Part shown: positions 51,311 to 61,157 of the stretch, one piece after another
How positions within the stretch are numbered: position 1 is the first letter of the stretch
Layout: each line of letters opens with the position of its first letter
Assembly: GCF_000981445.1 (NCBI RefSeq)
Contig: NC_027218.1
Coordinates: 868,001 to 932,000, forward strand
Reading direction: 5' to 3'
DNA length: 64,000 nucleotides
Origin: Babesia bigemina
Lineage: Eukaryota
Translations under genes and position numbers: made by a program
The notes under the pieces: model-generated
The model's database searches: none
What the model saw: the letters and a program-made list of their open reading frames with translations, nothing else
What the model was told of the DNA's origin: nothing

Positions 51311-51611
51311 CCACAACCGGTTTTAGCGTGAGGTGGCATCCCCGCAAGATCTAAATCGGCCCTAGGCACGTGGCCACTTAGCACACTGTAAGATGATAGG
51401 ATAATAATAAAAACACACCGCCAAGTTTAACAATGACAACATCAGCAATAATACCTACACGTTTAGAACTAAGCGTATGTGCTACTAACAAACCTAGTCC
51501 TGACTGAAAATTAAAATGTCTATCGACATCCTTTGCGTGACAGCAGGTCGTCCACTACAACGACTGTGTCCTACCACACCAGATATGTGCCTTATACAAC
51601 GCCATCTACTC

Positions 51612-52167
51612 TTATCCTTTGTTTTCAGGATGTAGGTATGGTGGCTGGTACTGCTCCGGGTACTTGAGGAACGACGGCACGATAAGACTCTCACCACTTC
51701 GGAGGCGCTCTTCCATTATTCGTTGCTGCGATTCCGGAGTTGCCTGAGAGCGTTATAGCGTGCTTATAGACAACTTACAAGAAACTCCTGATAGTGCCGC
51801 ACGCAACGTTTCATCCGGTTCGCTTCCTTGCGGCAACTGAAAGTGGCGTACGTCTTCTCGGCGTAGCAATTGACATAGTCGTCGAGCTCAGCCCTGCGAT
51901 ATTTAGCAACTTCCTTCACGTAAACCACCTGCACATGTCTCTGATGCGCGCTCCGATGATCTTTATCACCTCATGGCGTTCCTTGGACAGCTTGTCTGCG
52001 CAGCGTGATCAGGGCTATAGGAACGCGTACAGTCAGCCTCCCGGAACTCCAGGTAGGACATCGGCGTGTCTCCATTGGCTGCGAAAAATGCACTAAAGGT
52101 TATACGGCCAACCTTGGCGGAGGCGGTTTGCGATGCGGAGGTATAGCGGCGGCCGCTGCTCCGCCAT
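51612..52167 (-). CDS. Twin CX9C mitochondrial intermembrane-space protein, CMC1-like (5 exons; absent from ORF track)
   Basis: Manual splicing of four ~35-nt GT-AG introns gives MAEQRPPLYLRIANRLRQANGDTPMSYLEFREADYKLSKERHEVIKIIGARIRDMCRAELDDYVNCYAEKTYATFSCRKEANRMKRCVRHYQEFLATPESQQRIMEERL...ENKG*. Confidence 0.75.
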
Positions 52168-52205
52168 CGCGCCAGTGTGTCAAGTGTAGAGTCGCGCACA
52201 ATTCA

Positions 52206-53210
52206 TTACTCCGGTTTATGCGTTAGCGTTTTAGAAAGGCTGCACGTGGAGCTCGTGAGCGAAAAAATGTGGTCGTTGACGAGCGACAACGAGTGACTGA
52301 GGGGCTGCTTCGTTTTGGGGGGTGTACCCTTCCGCGCCTTGTTGCTGTTCGGGTTGCAGTACGGCCCGCCCATGAGGGCGTTGTCCCAACCCTTCACGAG
52401 CCCCGTTGTCTCGGCCGGCTGGTAGAAGTACTGCTCCTCGAGCGAAGCGATTTTTTCCTCGAGATGCTCTATGTCGGATTTTGTTTTTGCAAGCACGCGC
52501 ATGATGGTCTCCTGCAGGCGCGAGCACTTGCGTCGTCTACGTCTGCGCTCGTCATCGTCCTCAGCGCTGCCCATGGTGCTAAAGCTGTGAGACTGCGAAA
52601 GCGAAAGTGAGTCTACGTCCTGCAGCTCCGCACGGGCCTTTGCGATATCCTCGGCGTCCAACGCCTCATCAAGCAGCGTCGAGTCGATGTAAGCATGTTT
52701 GCGATGATCGGCAGCCCTTTCATTGCTACGAACGGGCTGCGTAAAGCGGTCTAGTGTAGATTTGTATAATGTCGACCCCTCCTTGGAGGAGGCGATGCTC
52801 GAGGTTCTGGAGAGCACGCCTGATCCACTGACGTCTATGCCCAGGCTGCTGATCGACGATATATCCGATACGTGACCATTGGCCAAGAAGGGGCTACGGG
52901 TTGCGCTGTCCGTTGCCTTTGAGCGTCTTGCCCTCCTCCGTGTTCCGCTGGGAACGTCTTTCCCCGTGCGCCTTTGGGCGGATGCGGTGGGAGTCACCGG
53001 CTTAGACGCATTGACGGGTGTACTTGTGGCGGCGGTTGCTGAGTTGCTCGAATCAGCGTTAACCGCCGTCTTGGACATGCCATCTTGCCGCTTGTAGGTC
53101 ACAAATTTTTGCTGCCCACCTTCGCCCACGATGAAGCGCGGAAGCGAAGGCGAGTCGCCGAAGCCGGCACACTCGGCGGGTAAAAGCAACGCGCTGGGCG
53201 ACGCCGACAT
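52206..53210 (-). CDS. EAF6: EAF6/MEAF6-like NuA4 histone acetyltransferase subunit with long disordered N-terminus
   Basis: LEEKIASLEEQYF..TGLVKGWD...DHIFSLTS matches the Eaf6 pattern. Confidence 0.7.
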   Translation of the reverse strand: MSASPSALLLPAECAGFGDSPSLPRFIVGEGGQQKFVTYKRQDGMSKTAVNADSSNSATAATSTPVNASKPVTPTASAQRRTGKDVPSGTRRRARRSKATDSATRSPFLANGHVSDISSISSLGIDVSGSGVLSRTSSIASSKEGSTLYKSTLDRFTQPVRSNERAADHRKHAYIDSTLLDEALDAEDIAKARAELQDVDSLSLSQSHSFSTMGSAEDDDERRRRRRKCSRLQETIMRVLAKTKSDIEHLEEKIASLEEQYFYQPAETTGLVKGWDNALMGGPYCNPNSNKARKGTPPKTKQPLSHSLSLVNDHIFSLTSSTCSLSKTLTHKPE

Positions 53211-54146
53211 TTCGGCACACCCAGAAAACGCGCGCCTAACGGGTCGTGGAGCGTCCTAGGTAGCCGATCGGTAGTTCGCGCGAACGCGCACCGCCAGAGA
53301 CGCACATCGCACAAAACTGGGCTCGTTTCCGACCTCTTATAGGTCGACTTGGCTCGCCCAGGCATCAAGGGAGTAAGCACCCGGCTCCCTTTCGCGCGTC
53401 GAGGGCCGAGCGCTGCGTTAGGGTATTGTGCGCAATTACGCCGCACAAGTCACGCGGATCAGTAGGCGTTGTTTCTCGTATCGCCACATCCAGAGCCGTC
53501 CAGCTCGCCCTTATAAATGCATTACGCCATTGGCGCAGCCGTTGTGCCGCCAGGATGTCCGTAACCGTAGATCGGCGAACGGCGCTGAGGCACGCCCCTG
53601 CCCCCTGCAACTCTATGGCTGATTGCGGGCTTTTCGGCAGTACTTCGTACAAATGCCACAACCAACTTTCTTAGAAGCATGTAGGATGCCAAATATCGCC
53701 ATGTCACGCAGATTGAGCCACCTTTTCCTTACATTAGCCGCTGCAACAGCATCGCCTGCTGTGCCCCGTACGAGACGACGCAGCAATCCAACTTTGGAAC
53801 ACCATTGTAGCCGAATCCAATTCTAGCCACTCACTAGTATACAGAAGGCGCCACTTGGCCCGTGGTTGTCTCGGGAAACGCCGGGGCCTGCCGCCCCTGG
53901 CGTCGTCCTCGATTAATCATACCATCTGCGACACATGTTCCACTTTTACGTAAAAATGTTGAACTCACCAGTTAGTTGTATATAATGCGTGTTATATTTA
54001 CTGCGTCTGCAGTTATGCTTGGATCTTCGGTGGCCACCACGCGGCTGCGGCGGGTGTTCGAGTCGCGGCATGGTGTGTAGCCGTAGGTCCTAGGTTTGCA
54101 TCGCAAGGTTTTTAAATTAGCCGAATCATACCCGAATCGAATAAAT

Positions 54147-55662
54147 ATGGCACCGAAGGACAAGGCGGCGCAGCCCGAACCCCGGGTTTTGCTCGGAAGG
54201 TCGGTTTGACCTCGGAGTAGTCATCCCTCGCAGGCCTAAGAACAACCTCAAAATGGGACTCGTGGGACTTCCGAACGTCGGGAAGTCGACCACGTTCAAT
54301 CTGCTGTCCAAGCAGATGGTTCCGGCTGAGAACTTCCCGTTCTGTACCATCAATCCGCACGAGGCTGTCATAAATGGTGAGTTGCAGGAGCGCTGGTCCT
54401 TGCTCGGCATCAGTAGTTGTGTATATGGTCGTATTGACACAATGTGTGGTTAGTAATGAGCTTCCCTCTGACTAAAATCGCGGTCCTGCTGCTATCGGTG
54501 ACCTCTGATGCCCATGACTCACATTTTCGCAGTGCCTGACGAGCGATTCAAGCATCTCTGCAAGGTGTTCGAGCCCAAGAAGGAGATCGCGGCGTGCCTG
54601 TCGATCTTCGATATCGCCGGACTCGTGAGAGGAGCGCACAAGGGTGAGGGCCTGGGTAACGCCTTCCTGTCCCACATCGACGCCGTCGACGGCATATACC
54701 ACGTGGTGAGTGTCGCGGTGATACATGGTTGCTTTGAGTGGCGTGTTTCTCACCTGTAACATAACCCGCGTGCAGGTCAGGGGGTTCGAGGACGACGAAA
54801 TCGTCCACACCGACGGCGAGGTCAACCCCATCAACGACCTGGAGACGATCAACCAGGAGCTGATTTTGAAGGACTTGGACAAGTGCACCAAGGCCCTGGT
54901 TGAGATCGACAAGGTGTACCAGCGCAACATGAAGGTGAAGGCGAAGAAGGAGGAGTTCGACACCATGACCAAGGCCAAGGAGGTGCTGGAGAAGAACCAG
55001 TGGATCTCGCACGCCAACTGGAAGGCGTCTGAGGTGCCGATTCTGAACGAGTACAACTTCCTCACGGCGAAGCCCGTGGTGTACCTGGTGAACCTGAGCG
55101 AGAAGGACTTCGTCAGGCAGAAGAACAAGTGGCTGGCCAAAATCGCAAAATGGGTTGCCGAGAACAACCCCGGCCCGATCGTGCCGTACAGTGCGCAGTT
55201 CGAGCAGGCGCTTGAGGCGTTCGACACCGACGAGGCGCGCGCCGCGTACCTGCAGGACAAGAACGGCGCCACCAGCAGAATCGACAAGATCATCTCCAGT
55301 GGTTACTCGTGCCTCAACCTCATCCACTACTTCACGTGCGGTCCTGACGAGGTCAGGTGCTGGACGATCCGCAACGGCACGAAGGCGCCGCAGGCCGCCG
55401 GTGTGATCCACACCGACTTCGAGCGCGGTTTCATCTGCGCCGAAACGTACAACTACAAGGACATCCTCGAGTTCGGTGGGTCGCCTACACCGAAACGATC
55501 ACGCTTGTGCAGGCAGCGAAAACGAGGTGAAGGCGAACGGCCGCTACCTCCAAAAAGGGTGAGCGATTTCATTTACATTATAAAAGTGTCCGCAGAAAGG
55601 ACTACGTGGTCCAGGACGGCGACATCATGTTCTTCAAGTTCAACGTGACCAACAAGAAGTGA
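54147..55662 (+). CDS. OLA1: Obg-like ATPase OLA1/YchF (multi-exon)
   Basis: [76 protein letters not shown]. Confidence 0.95.
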
Positions 55663-56603
55663 TTACGAGATGTACTTGTGCAGGAACCGTCGGTGGAACT
55701 CGCTGCGCACCACGTCGTTGACGAACCTGTGAACCGTTAGCGCGTCCACCAATGCCCCACGGCAACAAAACACCGTGCGAAAGCAGCTAATGTTGTAAAC
55801 CGGTACATGAAAACAAAAAGCAGAAACAGTACGCAATCGTGTCCAACGGATTGCGCCACCAGCACTATGCAACAACATACAGACACGTACGCTGCGGGCA
55901 GTTCCCGTGGTCATCTTGATGACCACCACCCACGGCTCTTGTGAAACTGGCATGGAGGCAACTTACTCCTTTTTCTCCTTGACCTCCCTGGTGGGATTTT
56001 TGAAGACCACATCCTCGTCCCAACGCCTCTCAGGGGCTGTCTTCGCCAGCAGCGGGTTCTGGCTGAGGATGCGCTCACGCTCACCAGCCGACTGCAGCGA
56101 CTCCTGCAGCTCGCGCTGCCGAGCCTCCTCCCTCTCGCTCTTTATCTTGGCGAGTTCGCGGAGCAACATGGCCTCATCGTCGTCCGAATCCGACTCGCCG
56201 CCGCCGTTGTCTTCCCCTGCGGCGCAGTCGTCAGAGTCCTCCGGGAAGGCGTTGACGTCCTGGTTGAGCAGCTTCACGGTGTCCTCAAGCGACAGGAAAT
56301 TGCGCGTGGCGCCGATGCGCTCCTGCAGGTCCCCCTTTGCACGGTGGGCGCTCTCCGAGTTCTCCAGTTTCTCGCGCAGCACGCGCTGGTACTCGGAGGT
56401 CTTCTGCGCCTTCCCCTCGCCTTCGTCGGCAACGGGGTTGACCGGGGCACGCCGCTTGAGCTCGGTATGCGACGGCATATCACGGCTCGACACCTTGAAC
56501 GTCCCGAAGTTGGCTGCACGCGTCTGGCGTCCACAAAGACCCGCTTACCTCCCGGACTGCGGCCGATGGCCGTGTGCCACGTCGGCCGATGGGCTGTCGA
56601 CAT
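55663..56603 (-). CDS. CWC15: Spliceosomal protein CWC15 (multi-exon; long intron 55727-55966)
   Basis: MSTAHRPTW, SSRDMPSHTELKRR, LLRELAKIKSER, RRWDEDVVFKN, FVNDVVRSEFHRRFLHKYI. Confidence 0.95.
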
Positions 56604-57039
56604 TGCGATGGGTGTCTATCCGCAACAACCAAAATAGCCAATATATTAACAACGCTAGATGTACGGAACTGTCGTTAATGGAAACAGGCAGTGGCGGCGG
56701 CTACTCCCGCTTTTGCCGTTGACAGCAGTGACGCTGCTGGTACGACGACGGCGCCAAGGAGGCAAAGCTATTGCGTTCTAGCAGCAAAGTCCTGACACAT
56801 CACGCGCACTTATTGCAAGAATTGTACTCACATCGCCAGACTGTGGATGTATTGGCGGAATATGGAGCACTACATCCTCTCCGCAGCAGGGCAACCACGC
56901 GGCTGCTCCGCGCGAGATTCCGTATCTGGCACTTTCGCCCACTATTTTAGACCCGCCATACAGAACTATCATGGAGATTTGACCGCTTGAACGCTCAAGA
57001 TATCGCAACGTTATCGCCGCCAACTTCAACGTACGCGAG

Positions 57040-58714
57040 ATGGCGGCTGAAGTGCGGGATACCAAGGTCTTCCACGCCAAATTCTTCGGTGGAAAGGCTG
57101 AGAAGGTAGCGTTTACTGCGCCACTACGAGCTAGTCATCGCTGTGCAGTTCAAGCAGGCGCAGGCACAGCGCAACGTGCAGAAGTACAAGAAGGTGCATA
57201 AGACTGCCAAAGCCGAGGCTGACGCCACCTCCGTGCTCCTGCCGAACCAGGCCGGGTTCCTGCAGGTTGGGGAGGATGAGAAGACCTACAACGTATCGCA
57301 AGCCCAAATACTCGACGCGGTTGACGTCGGCACCCGGCGTAAGTCGTTTTCACTGCAGCTGCAGCACGGCCCCTACCGCTGCGACTACACCCGTGACGGC
57401 CGTTACATGCTCCTCGGAGGCGAAAAGGGGCAGCTGGCGCTGTTCGACGCCATCGACATGAAGCCGTGCTTCGACATCTCCGTGAAGCAGACGATCCGCG
57501 ACATCCAGCTGCTCGACAACCACGAGCTGCTGGCCGTCGCGCAGAAGAAGTACGTGCACGTGTACGACAACAACGGCGTGGAGGTGTACTGCCTGCGCGA
57601 CCTCGGGCTGACGTACCAGCTGGAGTACATGGCGCCCTTCTGGCTGATGGCCGCCATCGGCGAGTTCGGCGAGCTGAGCTGGCAGGACATCACGAGCGGC
57701 GAGGTGGTCGCGCGGTACAAGACGCGCAAGGGGCCGTGCAAGGTGATGCGGCACAACAAGGACAACGGCGTGATCCACCTTGGACACACGTCGGGCGTGG
57801 TCACCCTGTGGACGCCCAACGAGGGCCGCCCCGGAGTTGAGATGCTCGCCCACAAGGGCCCCGTGGTCTCCATGGCCGTGCACAACCACTACATGGCCAC
57901 GTCGGGGTTCGACGGGTTCTGGAACGTGTGGGACCTCCGCAACTACAGCAAGGCCGTTAGCCGACAGTTCACCGGCCGCACCCCCCCGGAGGCGATGGCG
58001 GTGAGCCAGACCGGAATCCTGGCCATGGCCATAGGCGGCCGAGTGGAGTACTACCGCGACGCATTCTCGCGCGTCGGCGGCGCTGAATCCAGCCTGTACC
58101 TGAAGCACCAGTTCCCAGCCGAGTCGGCACGGGACATCAAGTTCCAGCCGTTCGAAGATGTGTGCGCCGTCGGCACCACCACCGGAGTGTCCACGCTGCT
58201 GGTGCCGGGCGCCGGCATCGCAAACTTCGACGCGTTCGCGCCGAACCCGTACGAGCCGAGCTCGAAGAAACAGGTGCAGCGCATGCTCGACAAGATCCCG
58301 TACGACACCATCACGGTCAAGAACGTGGAGATCGGCGCGTACAACCGCGACTACACTGCCGCTGAAAGTGAGGAGGGTGCTTCCGCCCCCGCGGCAACCG
58401 TGGACAGCGGCGGCGAGATCCTGAAGAACACGCGCAAGAAGAGGCGATCGATGAAGGCCAAAACGGCGTCTAAGGTAGGCAGCATAGGTGCTAGTGATAA
58501 CAGTCATCAGGTTGCGGCGTACGAGCGCACCTTCCAGCGACGCCAGCAGGCCGCCCGGGACCGGCTGCGCAACCTGCGGAAGCAGAAGGTGGCCGGGCAG
58601 GAGGCGAAGCAGCACATTATAGATGCCATGACCTTCGAGGATTCCACTGGCGAGCGCCGCGTGCGCGGCTCTGTGCGCGGTGCGGCGCTGTCGCGTTTCG
58701 CCAAGAAGCAGTGA
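57040..58714 (+). CDS. UTP7: SSU processome WD40 protein UTP7/WDR46 (BING4CT)
   Basis: GPYRCDYTRDGRYMLLGG, AVAQKKYVHVYD, VTLWTPN, FQPFEDV, LVPGAGIANFD..NPYE. Confidence 0.92.
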
Positions 58715-58796
58715 GGGCTGATGCGCGACGGGTCGCGCCACCGCCTTCCAGCACACATAGTGTCACCGCTTTCTAACACTTAGCTGCGTGCGTACG

Positions 58797-61067
58797 ATGG
58801 ACGTGGACGGTGGCCATCAGCCCGAGGAAGTCTCGGTCTACAACATCGCAGACATCCTGGTAGGCGGTGTGTGGACGAAACTGACGGCCAGCAGCGCGAG
58901 TCGTTGGATTCCAGCATAAAATGGCCGCTGTTGGACGACCTAGCCTCGCGGCTCGAGGCGATCGGCGGGAATTCCCGCGAGATGATGAAGGTCAACCGCT
59001 GGCTGAAGGAGCAGCTCGAGTCGCTCCGCGCGCAGGGCGCGAGTAGCGTCGACGGCGCCCGGCGGGCGCAGGTGGCGGCGGGGCTGCTGGAGCTGGTGGA
59101 GAACAAGGACGCCATGCGCCAGAAGACGCTGGAGGAGATTGTCCTGCGGCGAGCTCCCCTGGTGGAGTCCGGGAAGGTGGAACTCCAGCGCGGAGTGGAG
59201 ACCGCAAACAAGGCCCACATGAGCTTCGGTTAGTTACGGTCGTGATTGTATACATGCCTGTTGTTGCCGCTTAATGTTGGTGTGGGTTAGGGTGCCAGAT
59301 GCGCTGCACGCTGGTTGCTGCCTGGCCTACTGTAATGGTGACTGTGCTAACACGTCATAAATACCGTGGTTGTTGTGCGTTTCCTGTAGTTTACGTAAGT
59401 ATCGATGCCGGTTGACATGTCGGCCGCAGACGTTGAGGATGTTATCCCGGAATACAAGTGCGCCACCGCCGACGCTGCCGCGGTCGACGCATGCATCAAC
59501 GGCAAGATCACCAGGTTCACGAACCTGTTCAAGGGCTATTGCGAGTCCAAGGGCATAGCGTGCGATCTCAAGCCGCTGAAGAACTTCAGCGACAACGACG
59601 TGACCGCCTACGGCAGGATCGGTGCGGAGGGCGACGTGCCGCTCAACGAACTCAACGTCACGGTGCAGGGCACCACGGTGTTCGATTACGGCGTCAAGGC
59701 GCAAATCACAAACATACACGCGCTCGATGACGTGTGCCTGTTCCCAGGCCAGATGGCCGCCGTGACCGGCAGGTGCCTTGAGGACAAGTTCGGCGTCAGA
59801 TACGTTGCCTCCAAGCTGCGTATGTGATTTGACAGTTGACGGTCATTGTTTGCAGATTGCGGCATACCGGCAGACGCCCCTATGGCCACCAACCACGCCA
59901 ACCAGAAGTTCAAGAACCAGAACATACACATATCGGTGGTCCGAGGCTGCCTGCTCACCGAGTCCCTGGAGCCCGTCAGCTTCAACCACGTGTTCAACAA
60001 AATCAAGAGGGACCGGCCGCACGTCGTATTTTTCATGGGCCCATTCGTCAGCGTGCGGCAAGTTGCAGTACGTTTTGAATATGGAGGGCGGCAGTAACCA
60101 CTCAGGTCGACGGCGATGGACTCAGCCGCATCGGGGACATCACGTTCATATACAAGCGGTTCTTCCACGAGATATCGCTGCTTGCGGATCTTTCGCAACT
60201 CGAGGGGACGAAATTCGTCATCGTGCCACACTGCTACGACGTTTTGTCGGGATACCCGCTGCCGCAGCCGCCGCTCAACAGCTCGGAATCGGAGTTACGC
60301 AGCGTGGAGTACCCCGACAACGTCGTTTTCCTGTCCAACCCAGGCCTCGTGAGAATCAACGGGGTTCTTTTCGGAGTCACTTCCTGCGACCCAGTCTCAG
60401 GCATCGGTGAGTCAACTGCATAACGACGGCGACGTGGTGCCGGGTGGTGAACGTAGTGGTATCGATTTTTGGTTCTGTTGCATACGTACTTGGTGAATCG
60501 TTTGCGTTTTCGGTGCCATATGCACCTTCATTCGGAATAGCGATCTGTGGTGACGCCGGTGCATACGCTACACGCTCTACGTGAACCGCACCGAAGGCAT
60601 GTGACCTGGCGCGTTCCCAAGATTGACGCTGATTTCATGCCCACTGACATGCCATACGCGCTCATTACGCTGCAGCAAACAACATGGTCTGCATCCCCGA
60701 CGAGAAGAGGGTGCTTCGGGCGTGTGAGCAGCTGCTGCTGCAGCGCTCCTTCTTCCCCAGCTATCCCACGTCTACGCTACCTTCGGAGTACGCCGTGGAC
60801 CACGGTATGCTGCGCCGCCTCGAGTTCGCGGAAGACGCGGTGCCCGACGTGTTCCTGTTCGCCACCTCGTCGAACAACGAGCCGTTCGTGGAGTTCGCCG
60901 GGGAGCGCGCCTTCGTAGGATGCCACAGCGCGGCCGTCCCGAAGGACGCAGTCGTGCAGATGACCACCGAAATTTACATAGCGCCGCAGGAGGTTGACTC
61001 GACCCCAATTCGGCCGATGGAGCTTGAAAACCGAGTGTCCCTCGTGCTCGCGCTCTGGCGCGGGTGA
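58797..61067 (+). CDS. POLA2: DNA polymerase alpha subunit B (multi-exon)
   Basis: LFPGQMAAVTG, RPHVVFFMGPFV, YPLPQPP, LSNPGLVRINGVLFGVTSCD, LLLQRSFFPSYP, PDV. The N-terminal exons 58797-59228 join in frame via intron 59229-59429 (inferred). Confidence 0.85.
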
Positions 61068-61157
61068 CTGGGGAACGGCCACGCGTAGCACTCCAAACTG
61101 TCATAAAATAATGTGGATTACTGCCACACAGTTTGCGATGACCACCAGGTAGAACCC

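Noticed and set aside
57350..58756. 468-aa minus-strand ORF (similarly 54548-55411, 10447-11226, 55907-56722)
   Set aside because: Antisense shadows of GC-rich, clearly identified genes; no motifs
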